Below, piece by piece: positions 35,593-49,559 of a stretch of 64,000 nt of DNA. Positions within the stretch are counted from its first letter, which is position 1, and each line of letters begins with the position of its first letter. The translations under genes and the position numbers were made by a program. A model generated the notes under the pieces. That model had not been told where the DNA came from, did not search any database, and was given only the letters and a program-made list of their open reading frames with translations. Source of the stretch: Antechinus flavipes. Its lineage: Eukaryota. The DNA lies in assembly GCF_016432865.1 (NCBI RefSeq), contig NC_067398.1, positions 25,916,001 through 25,980,000 on the forward strand, in the 5' to 3' direction.

Positions 35593-36761
35593 TTTGGCTC
35601 ATGTCCAAGTCCAATCCAACTCTTTTTTCCACTGGCTTGACATAGAACATTTAGGATGATGTCAGATAAAACTTTAACAATTGGCTCCTAAACTCAGCAG
35701 AAACTTCTGTAATGACAACACTGACAATCGGCCAGTAAGGGTTTGCAATATCATCTCATTTGATCTTCATAACAATTCTGGAGTCGTGTCACTCTTGGGA
35801 CAGAATCTGCAAGATTCCATCATTTGCACAGATAATGTAAACAGGAGAACTTTGGTTATACTTTAGAGCCTCATTCAGACTTCCTCAACTTGGCCTTAAC
35901 AACATACTAAGATGCTGATATACAGAGTCTCGCTTTACAGAATAAACAGATTTCACAACTGCCCAAGAGACAAACACCAAGAGCATTTCTCTCTGATTTC
36001 CAAAGGAAAAACCTGCAGGCTCACAGCGGTGAAGTCACACAGCCAGTGTCCAAAGCCACATTTGAACCCAACATGGCCCAACAGGAAGAGCAGGGTTTCC
36101 ATTCACTATCTCATGCTGCCCCAAATGGCAGTTAGATAGGGCTTGGTAGAAGTACCTCCTGCTATTTTGGACCCCAATTCTTATCCCAAAAGTTGGTTGG
36201 GTCCTGCTGTTTAATAACCAGCTCTCATGGATAATTTGTCCTTCAAGGTGCTCTTATCCCCAAGTGAGGCAGTTTTAGCATGAAATAGCAACACATTGTG
36301 TTCACAGAAATATTGCTTCTAGAATAAGAAAGACCTAGCTTGAAAGATCACTTATCATCATCATTATCTCTATAATGATCAACATTTACATAATATTTAA
36401 AAGCCTGCAAATCACATAATGAATATCTAATTTGATCCTCACAGTCACTTTGAGGGAGGTGCCACATAGATCTCCATTTTACGGATGGGGAAACTGAGGC
36501 AGATAAAAGTTAAGTAACTTGCTCTGGATCATATAGCTAAGTATCTAAGGCAGGATTTAATTTCAGGTTTTTCTAACTCAAGATCCAGAGCCCAACTGAC
36601 TGACATGAGCCCATTTGACTCATGTCCAATGTCTAACCCAACCCTATTTCCACTGTCTCAACACAGACAATTATAGGATGATGTCAGATAAACCCTTAAA
36701 AAGTTGGCTCCTAAGCATAGCAAAAACTTCAGCACCAATAATAATGACTGATAGTAGGCCA
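35593..36761 (+). repeat. Diverged direct repeat of about 145 bp at 35593-35734 and 36614-36761
   Basis: Shared CTCATGTCCAA, TAGGATGATGTCAGATAAA, TTGGCTCCTAA and AAACTTC anchors. Confidence 0.85.
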
Positions 36762-37059
36762 TCATGCTGCTTATCAAGTGTATGACTTTAGCCAAATAAG
36801 CTCCTCCCCCCTTTCCTGTACCTCAGTTTCCTTGATTTTAAAATGAGGTGGTTGAAATAAATGTCTTCTTGAAGTCACTTCTGGCTCCAGATATATGGCT
36901 CTAAGTACAGATGAGAACAAAAAACACATGATAAAGGAAAGAGATTTATAGAATTCAGGGCAAAAAAAAAAAACATTCTTGGCTCTGAAAAAGATGAGGG
37001 TTTTTCTTCAAGATACATTTATCTACAAAGAAGAGGTCATGAAGTTTCTTTATTCCAAG

Positions 37060-37063
<4 letters not shown>

Positions 37064-37112
<49 letters not shown>
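37064..37112. repeat. (GT)n microsatellite
   Basis: Perfect run. Confidence 0.98.
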
Positions 37113-37115
<3 letters not shown>

Positions 37116-37539
37116 AGGACAGTCCTTTTTTTAGGATTTAAGGAAAACCATTTTTCTACCAGAAGAAAAGACAACTGCTCTAAGACCTCCAAGACAATTA
37201 TTAAGACCCAAACCAAACATTCAAGAACAGAGTCCTAACCTTTATTTCAGCTTAACATTAAGTAATCCAACAAAACAACAGAGCAAACAGTTGGTTTATC
37301 TCTTACAGCTCTGCAAGATATGTCAGGTAAAATCCTAGATCCCTCTTTCCTTGCCAACAAACATCATCTCCTGTCACTTCATTTATACAGGAAAGACTTT
37401 CTCTCCTTAGTTCTTAGTAAATACTTTTCAGACAGTCTTTATAGCATCATTAAATGTGGTATAATTTTCTCTTCTTAAGAGGAAGAAAAGCACATAATGG
37501 GCCAAGTCACCCTTTGTGGCAGAGATGATGAGGGCCTGA

Positions 37540-38075
37540 CCTGGTGCTGAGCTAAGTAAGGAGAGAGAAAGCTATATTTATGTATATGTGAGTGTTCAGA
37601 GGGCAGAGGGTACAAAAACAATGAGTTCTATCTTGGACATGTTGAGTTTGAGATGCTAAGACATCCCCTTCAAGATGGCTAAGAGACAATCGCCTCTCTA
37701 TTGTTATGGAGCTCATGAGAGAGACTAGGGATGGATACACAGATCTGGAAATCAGATGTGTAGAGAGATAAGTGAAGGCATGAGAACTAATGAGATCACC
37801 AGATGAAATTACATTGAGTGAAAAAAAGAACAGGGTCTAGCGCAGAGCCTTGGGGAACACCCAAAATTAGTGGATGTGACAAGGATGGTTAACCAATCAT
37901 CAGAGAAGCTGAAAAGGGATCTACGGAGAGAAAGATGGAGACAGAAAGGGAGAGAGCTTGAGAGAGTCACAAAAATCCCATAAGAACAGAGTATCCAGGA
38001 GGTAATCAACAGTGTTTCAGAGAGGTTGGAGATGAGGATGAAGAAAGCTCATCAGATTTGGCAATTAAAAGCTCA
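37540..38075 (-). mobile_element. L2 LINE fragment
   Basis: GGACATGTTGAGTTTGAGATGC..GGAGCTCATGAGAGAGACTAGG..GAGCCTTGGGGAACACC. Confidence 0.85.
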
Positions 38076-38734
38076 AGTAATGGGCTGTGAGTAAGGAAGA
38101 CTTCTGTGGCACTTTCACTCTTGCAACAGAATCCTGGGGAATCTATAATTGAATAGACAATGCAAACATGTGAACTTTGGTTACACTTTCAAATCCCGCC
38201 CCAAATTCTACAATGTGGCTTTGGTATAAGTGGGAGAAAGCTGAGACAAAGTGTCTTCTTACAAGATAAATAAGTCCCAGAACAGTTGAGTATAAATCAG
38301 ATTTTATTATCGGATCATATTTTCCTGTTGGTTTACATTCAAATTTCAGAGATGTTTTATCTTGACTTTAGAGAGATGTCCTTTTGGCCAGGGCTCTTAA
38401 TTCATCATTTATAGGTTTTCTGAAACTTGCTGTACAGAATATTGAAGCTTTGTAAAGTAGGGCCCAAATGTATTGAAAAGCTTTAGGACAACAAATCTAA
38501 GAACAAGATCTAATCTGTTATTTTAAACTTTGTTCTTTCAGTTAATAAATAAATTAATTTGGTTAATTAATAAATTTGTTAGCACCCAAGGTACAAAAAG
38601 AAGTCCAAAACTGCTTCCAACACTTACATTTATTAGCTTGTGACTCTGGTTAAAAACATTCCTTTGTTTTCCTCCCAGGTAGGGATGTTCATACCTATCA
38701 CATCTATCTCTCATGCTACTGAGAAAGAACTCTG

Positions 38735-39152
38735 GGAACAAATTTAAAACCTCCAGTTAAATACTAAATTAGAAATTCTGAAAGTCAAAGAAAAGATTAA
38801 TAAAACTGAAAGTAAGAAAACTATTGAACTAATAACAAAACTAAGAGTTGGTTTTATATATAAAAAACCCAACAAAATAGATAAACCTTAATTAATTTGA
38901 CTAGAAAAAAAAGTAGAAAACCAAATTACCAATTCAAAAATGAAAAGGGTGAATTTGCCATCAATGAAGAGAAAACTAAAGTAATAATTAGGAACTATTT
39001 TGCCCAACTGTCTGCCAATAAATCTGATAATCTAAGTGAAATAGAGGAATACTTTAAAAATATATAGATTGACCAAATTAATAGAGGAGGAAATAAATTA
39101 TTTAAATAATCCAGTTTTAGAAAAAGAAATTGAACTAGCTAAGAAAGAACTC
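38735..39152 (+). mobile_element. Degenerate L1 ORF2 fragment between the EN and RT domains
   Basis: With frameshifts, translates as ...TKLEILKVKEKINKTES..KIDKP..NEKGEF..IIRNYFAQL-ANKSDNLSEIEEY..EEEINYLNNPVLEKEIELAKKEL. Confidence 0.92.
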
Positions 39153-39693
39153 TAGGTTTCTCTTTTGCCCTCATCACTCCCTAAGCTGCATTATATTTTT
39201 ATATTTGGGACATTCCCCTTTGTGGCATTTGAGCTGCTTAAGGACAAAGGATGGTTTGGTAGTGTACTTTATCTCACTAAATGCCTAGCACACCGCCTTC
39301 CTTTCAATTAGATTTAACCTCCATTTTCTGAACAATGATCCTATGGGAAGGACTGTGTATAAATAAATGCTGGTTCACTGACTGACAATGATGCACTGGA
39401 AAAGAGAGAGAGGAATACATGTGCACATGTAAACACAAAGTAAATTCAAAGAATAAAATGTTCAACAATCTATGTTTTCAACTGGCTGGGATCAGAAGGC
39501 CCAAGTAGAGGGAGCTAGTGGAAGAAGTTAAGGAGGTACAATCTAGCCATGGAGGAGCAATGATGGAAAAGAATGTTAAATGAACTCTTGAAGAAAGAAC
39601 ATAAATCATCAGGACAGAGGGAAGTATCCCAAACCCTAGAGAAAGAGCATCTGATATTGCAGTGACACAAGCCCCCAGGATTCACAGAGAGAA

Positions 39694-39695
<2 letters not shown>

Positions 39696-39747
<52 letters not shown>
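39696..39747. repeat. (GT)n microsatellite
   Basis: Perfect run. Confidence 0.98.
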
Positions 39748-39748
<1 letters not shown>

Positions 39749-40137
39749 GACCACAGTTACCTACTCTGGAAATGCTGTCCTAAATTATTAGCCATTTAAA
39801 GCTTCAGTCTCCACCAATTTCCAAAGTGAGTTTCAGGTGCATGAACTATTGCTGGAAAAGATTGTATTTTTTCTTCCTGAATAACCCTCACAAAAAAAAA
39901 AGGCAAAGGAATATATTTGGGATGTGTGATGTTCATTGGAAATTGCACAGGGCTGGAGTCTCCCATGCAGTCATGCAGGTGAGATTGCCAGATGCGTACC
40001 AGAATCCAAGTGATCAAGTCCATAATGCATGCTCTCTCCCTGATATAGCTGAATGCCAAACACGGTTATTATTTGTTAATTGTTCATGTTCAGCTCTTCA
40101 TAATCCTGTGGACTATCACACACTAACAATTTACGTG

Positions 40138-40290
40138 GGGTGTTCTTGGAAAAGATATTGGAGTGGTTTTCCATTTTCTTCTCTAAATCGTTTTACAAAT
40201 GAGGAAACTGAGGCAAACAGACTTGCTCAGGATCTCATAGAGTTTGTATTTTAATACAGGACTTCCTGACTCCAGACCCAGCATTCTATT
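40138..40290 (-). mobile_element. Mar1-type SINE fragment
   Basis: TTCTTGGAAAAGATATTGGAGTGGTTTTCCATTTTCTTCT. Confidence 0.8.
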
Positions 40291-40394
40291 TTATTTTTAT
40301 TTTTTTTTTTTTTTTAGTTTCTTTGTATTCTAAGTATGCAGCACAGTGCTGGGCACATGGTAGATATCTAAAAAGCATTTCCTGACTGATTAAC

Positions 40395-40650
40395 TGGCTT
40401 GACAATGTACTTCTCTTGAAGAGAACTTGTGGAATGCATTTCCACAGTTGTGGAACAGGACATATACTTTCAGGCTCAATTGATGTGCTGGTTTTGCTGA
40501 ACTTTTTCTTTTTTTCTTCTCTCTTTACAATTTTTTATCACGAGGAGTGATTCACTGGGGATGGAAAGGAGGAAAAATCTGTTAGGAAATGAAGGTAATA
40601 TAAAAATGAAAGAGCAATAAAATGAAAACATCTTTTTAAAAATATATAAA
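40395..40650 (+). mobile_element. Old L1 3' region
   Basis: GATGTGCTGGTTTTGCTGAACTTTTT..GGAAATGAAGGTAATATAAAAA. Confidence 0.65.
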
Positions 40651-43600
40651 TGCCTTGTTAAGCACCTTCCCAAAGCTGCTCTGTTGCCACTATCTGGGGT
40701 CACTCTCCTTATTCAGGCATTCTTGCATTCCCTAAAAATAAATCTTGACTCTTGGAGAATTTATTGAGAATCTCTAAGCCAGAAAGGGGCCAGGTTTTAA
40801 TAATGAGATTGGGTCTCCCCATAATGATTTCACATAGAACACTGCGAGTGAGGTTTAAAAATTAGACCTGCCACTTTAAAATATATTATTGCAGCTCTAG
40901 GAGTTTCTGGCCAGAAATCAAGGTAGCATATCTCAGGGAGACAGATCTCCACCACATCAGGATTCTAAAAAAGCCATCATTTCTGGACAGAAATCATTAC
41001 TGAGGCATTCAGCAAAACAGGGTCATGGTGAGGACTTCCAACCCTGTCTGGAGATACAGTATAGAACCAAAGGGAAGTGTGTTCAGATTAAAAATGTATA
41101 TTTGTCATATTAATGAAGAAATTCAGAGAGAGAATGGTGTTTTCCCATATGGAGAACAGAAACAAGAAGATTCACTAGAGAATCAGATGATGCAGATGTA
41201 CAAGAGTGAAGATAAGAGTGGCCTCCATTATAAGCAGACTACTTAATCCTATTTGGAGGTCACAGGATTACAACTCCAGGGCTCCCAGGGGCATGAGTTT
41301 AGCCCAGCCTTATACAGATAAGGAAGTGAGGTTTGGGCAAATCTGAGGTCCCACACTGGATTATGTATTTAAAACTAGAATGAATTTAAAAGTTCATTTG
41401 ACACATGGATATTGAGGTCCTGACTAGTGAAGGTCCTTGCAAATGGCAGACTTTGAACCCAAATCCTCTGGTTCCAATTCCATTGTTCTTTCTCCTGAAC
41501 CTCAATGCCTTAGAGCCAGTGGATAATAAGCAGTATTCCTACATGATAATACTTTTGATATATTGATCATTGTATGATTGTAAATGATATAAACTCCCTG
41601 AGGGCAGGGACAGATTCATTTTTTGTTGTTGTTGTTATTGTTTTTATAAGCCAAGTAGGGACAAAAATCCTAGACACAAAGAAAGTAATTAATAAATGTT
41701 TAGTGACTAACTGGTTGATTAAAAAAATAAACATTTCTCCAGAGTCTTAAATTATACAAAGTTCTTGATTTACATTTTCTAATATAGGAACACATATTTC
41801 AAACTAAACCACCATCAGAGTACATCCAGTCCTGTTGCAATGGAAACTGGAGGTGATTCAATGAAAAATAATATGTGAACCCTCCCCACAAGGAGCTTCT
41901 AATGTAGCAGTAAGGAAATGGGGCATTTACAAAATTAACAATAATAGAAAGTAGAATAGGAATGGAAAGGGAAAATAGGAAGTGTTGGGTTGGAGGAGGA
42001 GGGGAACAAGGTCATGAGAAGAGAGAATCTCATCACGCTAAAGAAAGTAGGGAAAGTTTCTGGTAATATAATATCTGCCCTGGCTAAAATGGAAACTCCT
42101 TCAAGGAGTTCAAGTCAGGGACTATTTCATTTTTGTCTTTGTCCCCAGCATAGAAAGTGCTCAATAAATTCCTTTGGATTGATTGATTGAGAAAGCAATT
42201 GGAGCTCAAAGGTTTTTATGGGAAGCGGTGGGGAGGGAAGAACAAGAGCCAGAGTTCCCATAAAACAGCAACATGTAAGACAGGCACGAGGTTTGGTGTA
42301 AAAATAGGTCGTATTACTATGCTATAATCTATGATCCTCTATTTTATTATATTTTTAAGGGCTCTGCAATTCTTTGAGGGAAAGATATTAGTCAACCATG
42401 TGCCTGTAACAAGTTTCTTAAGCAAGAACACACTTCAATTTTCCCAGCATTCCATCTGTCATTTGTATCCCAAAACAAGAGCCAGGCCCACTCCAACTTT
42501 GGGAGAAGTCCAGAGATTGACTGCTGGAAAGGAACTCTAGGATTCTCTAACCTGACTCTCTCATTTTACGGATAAGGAAACTGAGGACAAGACAGGCAAC
42601 ATCAATGGTCAGGACTACACCACATGACCTATCACCCAAATTCCTTCCTTTCTTGGCCCTCACACTGAGTTTCAATATGAGACAGCACAATGCTAAGCCC
42701 TGTTTTGCAGTCTGGAGGAAGCGCCATGCTGCGCAAATAGCTCCATATTTCTATACTTACATTTTTTTTTGATCCTGCTATTTAAACTTCAAATTTCAAG
42801 ATGGCCCCCATATTCCATAAGGATTCAGAACACAACAAAATCCTAATAGCTTTTGCTTGAAATACGTTGAACCTCTGCTTTCTCATCTGGTCATTTTCCC
42901 TTGTCACCAAGGTAATGTCTAATGGGAGATTTTTGTCCAGGTGGCATCTGTGCATATATTATTTGATCATGAATCATCGAGCCAGAGGTCATGGACGACA
43001 ACAATAGAGGGCAATGAGCCCAACTTCAGTGGGGCAAAGACCACCTTGGACAGGAAAGGCCAACTGTCAACAAAGGGGGGAGGAATGAAGGACACAGGCT
43101 CCAACTTCCAAAAAGAAAAACACAAACAAACAAACAATGGAACCTTTGTTCATGCTTAAACAGTGTACACTGATTACTGATAAGGAATTAACAAATGGAC
43201 CAAGTTAAACAGTTGGCCAAAATAAACTCTTTCCTCTCAGGAAAACAAAAGAAAATAATATCCTTGTCTCATTTAGGTCCAAGAGACTCAAGCTTGGTAA
43301 AGTAGAACAGTTATTGGTGTCAAAAACCCTAGATTTGAACCCTGGTTTTCAACTTACTAATGGTTTGGGACACGTCCTTTGCCTTGTCTGAGTCTCAGTT
43401 TCCTCAACTGTAAAACAAAGGGGTTGGTCTACTTGGCCTCAGAGGTACTTCCTAATTCTGAAGTTATGAATCCCTGAAGTTCCCCTTCTACTTGTAGCCC
43501 TACAATTTCTTTTGTTACCCATAAAACATAACTTGACTGGAAGATAAACTATTTTGACTTTTTAGATTTTGAACCAAGGAAACATGATATAACTATGAAG

Positions 43601-44380
43601 TCTACAATAACTTTCAGGTAATTGTACAGATATAAGACAAGGGTAGGCTAATAGATGTTCAAGAGGAAAAAAGAAGTTAGGATATGAGTGGACTCCCTGC
43701 TTAGTCTAAACCCAAAGTAACACACAGATAGATGCTCGCTGACCTGGCCAGAGGGAATATTTCAAGTTTTATAACTAGATACTAAACTCAGCTATTCCTA
43801 TTCTACCAAAGAATTGAAAGTACAGTCAACATTTCTTTAAATTTCAGATTCTGGAAAAAAAGCCTGGTTTTTCTGCCCTGGTTTTGTATCTGAGAAAAGA
43901 AAGAAACTTGCTCTCTCGTTCCAAAGGATAGAAATAGAAGCAATGAGTTTACTGGATGGCAGATTTTTATTTCAAAATAAAAATTTTCTACAACTTAATG
44001 TTATCCAACAATCAAACAGGCTACCTGAAATGGCTATTGAAGAGGAGGATGGATGCCCATGCATCTATTTGTCAGGGTCATTATAGAAGGGATGGGTGGG
44101 TTAAGCTACCCACTTTCTTTGTATTCCCCAGAACTTAGTGAAATGCCTGACACTTAGTAGGCTCTTTATATGTACCTGTTGATTAAGAGGCAGGTTAGAG
44201 TAAAAGACCATTCAAATCTCATATGTAGGATCAAACTATTTGGAACAAGAAGGAATTTTTGAAGCCATCAATAGTTGATCCCTTAATTTTCAGATAAGGA
44301 AACTGAGATACAGACAGATTAAATTACTTGCTTGGTAGAAAATGACAGCTAGGCTTTAAACCCAGGTCTTTTTCATCTGG

Positions 44381-44603
44381 NNNNNNNNNNNNNNNNNNNN
44401 NNNNNNNNNNNNNNNNNNNNNNNNNNNNNNNNNNNNNNNNNNNNNNNNNNNNNNNNNNNNNNNNNNNNNNNNNNNNNNNNNNNNNNNNNNNNNNNNNNNN
44501 NNNNNNNNNNNNNNNNNNNNNNNNNNNNNNNNNNNNNNNNNNNNNNNNNNNNNNNNNNNNNNNNNNNNNNNNNNNNNNNNNNNNNNNNNNNNNNNNNNNN
44601 NNN
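44381..44603. other. Assembly gap (N)
   Basis: Run of N. Confidence 1.
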
Positions 44604-45791
44604 TGTCCTCCTCATGCTCAAAAAAATTCCAAGATCTCTGATGAGGTCAAAGGGTACTTTGCCTTTAGGTTGTCTTGTCCAGCAAATAAACAGCTGGACC
44701 TAAAATGATGAGGTCCAAAAAGGAAGAGAAATCTGTGCCTCTCTTTTAAAAGTAAGAAAAGAAATGAAAGAGAACAAGAGAAGGGAAAAGAGGAGAAATG
44801 ATAAGTCTCCTACAGCAATGACTTATTTCTTGGTCTTTGAATGCCCAGTAACAGCATCCTACATGAAGGAGATACCAAATAAATGTTTATTGAATTTGGT
44901 TAGGGTGGGTTGATTGGGTTGGGCTGAATTAAATTGGACTGAATCATAGGAAAAGGAAAAAGCAGGAGAAAGATCCTTTGAAAGGAAATCCCTGCAAAAA
45001 TGATTTTACAAGTATCCCCTACTTCCAATTTTGATCATTCTAATCTATAGGAAAGTGATCCAATTTACTTAAAAAAAAAAAAAAGAAGTCTAGGTTCCTC
45101 ATTTTAAATCTCCTTTTTCAAATCCAAAAGTAATAACAATGTGAGTTCTTATGTAATGAAACCTACACCATTGGTATACCTATCTTTTTAGCCTCCAGGC
45201 AAAACAAAGAAATTCTTTCCCCCTCATGTTTCTCCATAGGAAGGCAAGTCATTTAACTGAATGTTGAAAATGACAAATTATTTGAAATACAGATGTCATT
45301 GGTGTGAGATTTCTTTGGTAAAAATACAATTTAGGAAAGGGAATGGTGAAAATGGACAAAGGACAAATATAGTTAGCAAAGTTAGACCTTTCTACTCATT
45401 TGATGATTAACAAAGTGACAGGAAACTGATTTGTAGACCATCTGTCTTTTAGTTAAAACCTTATCAAGCTTTCCTTGTCAATTAAATTCAAAATGAGTCT
45501 CAGACATGATTCCATTATCATAGCGGAAGGACTATATAACTAAACAGTATTAGTGTCAAGAATTCTGGGCAATTTACATGAAAGTCCAACTCTCAGCCTC
45601 AGCCTCCTATCAAATCTCCATTCTCTTTCTTTGAAGAAATAAAAAATCTAAAACAAATAGCAAAATGGCCTGAGTTTACAAGGCACGCCACAGTTTCCTG
45701 AAAAATTCCATTTCATTTAATCCTTACGATCCAGTCAGTTTCGTTACTGAATGAAGAGCCTGAGGTCCTTTTATCATCCTCTCCTTAAACA

Positions 45792-46454
45792 TGATGCTCT
45801 GACTTCACATGTATAATTGATGTCATGTTTCTGGCCTTCTCAATGGGTAAAGAAAGGATGGGGAGGAGAAAGATAATTTGGAACTCACCATTGTTAGGAA
45901 TGAATATTAAAAATGCTTTCAATGTAACTGGGGACTAATGAAATAAATGAAAATATAATTAAGTTAATTGCATGAAATTATATATAATGATAACTAATTG
46001 AAAATATAATGAATTGATGCTCTGACTTCACATGTATAATTGATATATTGCTGGCCTTCTCAATAGGTATAGGAAGGGTGGGAAGGAGGAAGATAATTTG
46101 GAACTCAACATTTTTAAATGAATATTAAAAATGCTTTGAATGTAACTGGGGACTAATGAAATAAATAAAAATATAATTAAGTTAATTGCATGAAATTATA
46201 TATAATGATAACTAATTGAAAATATAATGAATTGATGCTCTAACTTCGCATGCATAATTGATATATTGCTGGCCTTCTCAATAGGTAAAGAGGTGTGGGA
46301 AGGAGGAAGATAATTAGGAACTCAACATTTTTTGAAATGAATATTAAAAATGCTGTGAATTTAACTGGGAATTAGTGAAATAAATAAAAATATAGTTAAA
46401 TTAATTGCATGGAATTATATATAATGAGAACTACTTGAAAAAATAATGAATTGA
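45792..46454 (+). repeat. Tandem triplication of a 218-223 bp unit containing an L1 3' end
   Basis: TGATGCTCT starts at 45792, 46015 and 46233; each unit has GATAATTTGGAACTC..AATGAATATTAAAAATGC. Confidence 0.95.
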
Positions 46455-46911
46455 AAATAATCAGGATCCTTGGAGAAGTTAAGGGATCTACTCAGAGGCG
46501 ATCAGGACACAGATCCAAGTCTGTGTCACATGCTAGAAAAGCTCATTTGGAGAAGTGAGGAAGATCAAGGGGGCTTTAAGGCCACATTCTATCCTATGAA
46601 ATCAAATGCTTCTTAAACATTAAGCAGGCCCCCCAGAACAGTTAGGAGTCAGGAGTAGAGCTGAGATAACATAGGCAGCTACAGAAAAGAAAAAGAAGAA
46701 AAGGCAGCTTCAAGCTGCAGAGGAGACATGAGCTCTCAATTTTTGCTTCAGACACTAGCTATATATACCCTAGAAATCACTTAAATTTGCTGAGCCTCCA
46801 TTTCCTTATCTATAAAAATATAGGGATAATAATTGTGAAAACCAAATGAACTAACTTTTTTTTTTTTAATCTTAAAGCACTATTAAAAAAAAAAAAAAAA
46901 ACTTATAAAAG

Positions 46912-47075
46912 GAGCACCTGTGTGATGCGCTGGAGACCTAGAGTCAGAAAGACTCCTCTTCTTCAGTTCAAATCTGGCTTAAGATTTACTATGTGAATCT
47001 GGGCAAGTCATTTAACCCTATTTGCCACAGATGAACTGAAGAAGGAAATGGCAAACCACTCCAACATCTTTGCCA
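46912..47075 (+). mobile_element. Mar1-type SINE
   Basis: AGACTCCTCTTCTTCAGTTCAAATC..GAAGAAGGAAATGGCAAACCACTCCAACATCTTTGCCAA. Confidence 0.85.
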
Positions 47076-47244
47076 AAAAAAAAAAAAAAGGAACAAACAG
47101 TATTATGCTTCTGCCATCACATAGTCCCAGTAGGGGAAGATAGAGACTCTGGAATACAGGTGTGAGGTCATTTCTGATGAGGTAATTCAGAGAGTTAAGG
47201 GTGAAGAGATGAGGTCAAGGAAGAGTTTATAACTGATTCCTACT

Positions 47245-47545
47245 ATTTTTTTCTTCAGTAGTATTTTATTATTTTCCAAATACATGTCAAGATAGTTTTC
47301 AACATTCATTTTTGTAAAGTTTTGAGTTCCAAATTTTTTCTCCCTCCCTGCCTTACTTCCCACCCTCCAAGACAGCAAGCAGTATGATAAAAGTTTTACA
47401 TATAGAATCATTTTAAACATTTCCATATTTGTCATGTGCTACAACAAAAATCAGACCAAAAGGGGAAAAAAAACACAAGAAAAAAAGCAAGCAAACAAAA
47501 AAGATGAAAAAATACTATGCTTCAATCCATTTTCTGAATGTGGAT
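47245..47545 (-). mobile_element. L1 3' end
   Basis: TATTTTATTATTTTCCAAATACATG..TTTTCAACATTCATTTTTGTAAAGTTTTGAGTTCCAAATT. Confidence 0.9.
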
Positions 47546-48246
47546 GGCATTTTCCTTCCCCAAGTCTCTGATTCCTGTTTTTAACTATTCATGTTCTCAT
47601 GTCCCAAGCTCTAATTTCTATGTTGCTGAAATGTTTCTAATATTGTCAGAATTCTCTATATTGAGTGACTTGGCACAAATATCCCACCACCCTACCTTAG
47701 TTACAGATTTGGGTAAAAATCCCCATGTTGATAAGTTCCCTGTGAAAGAGGAAAGCTGTTATATTTGTTTGCTTATGATCACACCCATCATGAGAAGTGG
47801 CATCTGTATCATATTCCCTCTTTGCCCATGTGCACTGACTGGGTCAGAGGTTGACCTGATAAAGAGCCCAGGGGTTCACTATTAAACACATCATAAATAT
47901 CCAAAATTATTAAAGACCTTTGATGAGAGGACTGTTTATCAGAGCATACATTTACAGATGCACACAAGCTGTTGATTCAAGAATAAATCAATGTGAAAAG
48001 AGGAGAGGGGAAGGGAAATTATAGTTGTTGACATTTCAATTTTTTGTCTGAAATTACAAGGTTACTTTGTACCACAATAATAACAGTAAATAGAATGCTT
48101 TCAGGAATCACAAAACCTCTTGATCTAGTGATTACATTACCATAGACATCAAGGGAAAGAAGGACCTTTGAGTATAAAAATATTCCAAGTTGCTCCATTT
48201 GTGATTTATTTAGCCTTTTTTCAGTCCTATCTGATTTTTTTGTGAC

Positions 48247-48436
48247 TCTTTTTGGAGCTTTCTTGACAAAGACACTGGAGTGGCTTGCCATTTCATTCTA
48301 CAATTGAGGAAACTAAGGCAGAGTTATGAGATTTGGCCAGGACCATACAGCTGGTAACTATCTGAAGCCTGAGTTGAACTCAGGAAGAGTCTTCCTAAGT
48401 CCACATCTGGTATTCTATGCACTGAGCCACCAAGCT
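48247..48436 (-). mobile_element. Mar1-type SINE
   Basis: TTTCTTGACAAAGACACTGGAGTGGCTTGCCATTTC..GAACTCAGGAAGAGTCTTCC. Confidence 0.85.
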
Positions 48437-49029
48437 GTAAAATACAGTAAATTTGAAATAGAGAGGCCACTATGGAAAAATCTGAACAAGGTGATATAGA
48501 GTGAAATAAGCAAAAACATGCCTGTGTACGATCTCAGGTAATGAGATAATGTAAGTACAATGCTTTTCAAACCTTAAAATGCTATAAAAGACATGACCTA
48601 TTGATATTATTAAATATGTGTATGTTGATAGGAGCAAATATACATATATCCATGTATGGAAGGCAGACATTGGTAGTGATTTTCAAGAGGAAAAGAAAAG
48701 AGAGCCAAAGGTAAACAGAACTGGAAGAAAACACTGGACAAAATCATTTTGTTTGCTTCTCTGCTGTGTGAATATTCATTTAGTTCTGCCTTGTTAAAGC
48801 CTAAGAGTTTAGAACTGGATTGTCCCTGTATTTTATATGTTTGCTTAATTTTGTGGCTAGCCATTACATTTATGATCCTTTTTCATGGATATTTCCTGAT
48901 TAAGCTTTGGGAAATCACAACCCTATCTAGAACCTGAGCCATTCATTCTTAACTAAGAAATAAAAATAAAAATAAAAAAGCTCACCACTATTTCCCCATT
49001 GTATTAAGAGGGGAAAGGAGTAACAAAGA

Positions 49030-49230
49030 GAGAGGTCCTCCATTCCCACTCCTGCCTGCCTCCCGGCAAGACTGTGCCCAACCTAAGTCATCTCTGAAAA
49101 ATAGTCATCAATCTTCCTCATGAAGATCCTGAGGGAAGGAAGCTTTATAAGTCCCTTCATTAATCTGTTATAGCCTCTAACAATTTGCACTGCTGGGAAA
49201 ACCTTCCCTTGGCAAACTTTACTCTTATTT
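49030..49230 (-). mobile_element. CR1/L3 fragment
   Basis: CTCTAACAATTTGCACTGCTGGGAAAACCTTCC, a reversed CR1-type 3' region. Confidence 0.45.
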
Positions 49231-49559
49231 TCTTCTATATGAACTCAACTTTTTATTCAATTCAATTCAACAAGTATCAATTAAGCATCTACTCTGTGCC
49301 AGCTTTGTCCAGAGGGACAAAGGTTCACTTTTAAGGAACACAAAATAGGGGACTGAACTCTACTTTGAATGATGAATCTAAAATTGAAGCTAAAACTGGA
49401 ACACCTGTGTCTCCAAGGAGATGAGAAACACTCAAATGAATTCTTTACCAAAAATCTCCAGTTAGAAATGGTTTGGAAATGGGGGCTACTAAGAGTAGTA
49501 ACACTATTTTTTTTAAAAAAAATCCAAGAAATACTAGAATATAATTATGTTCCAGGAAC

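Noticed and set aside
44373-44621. ORFs full of X, also at 60546-60809
   Set aside because: They run through assembly gaps.
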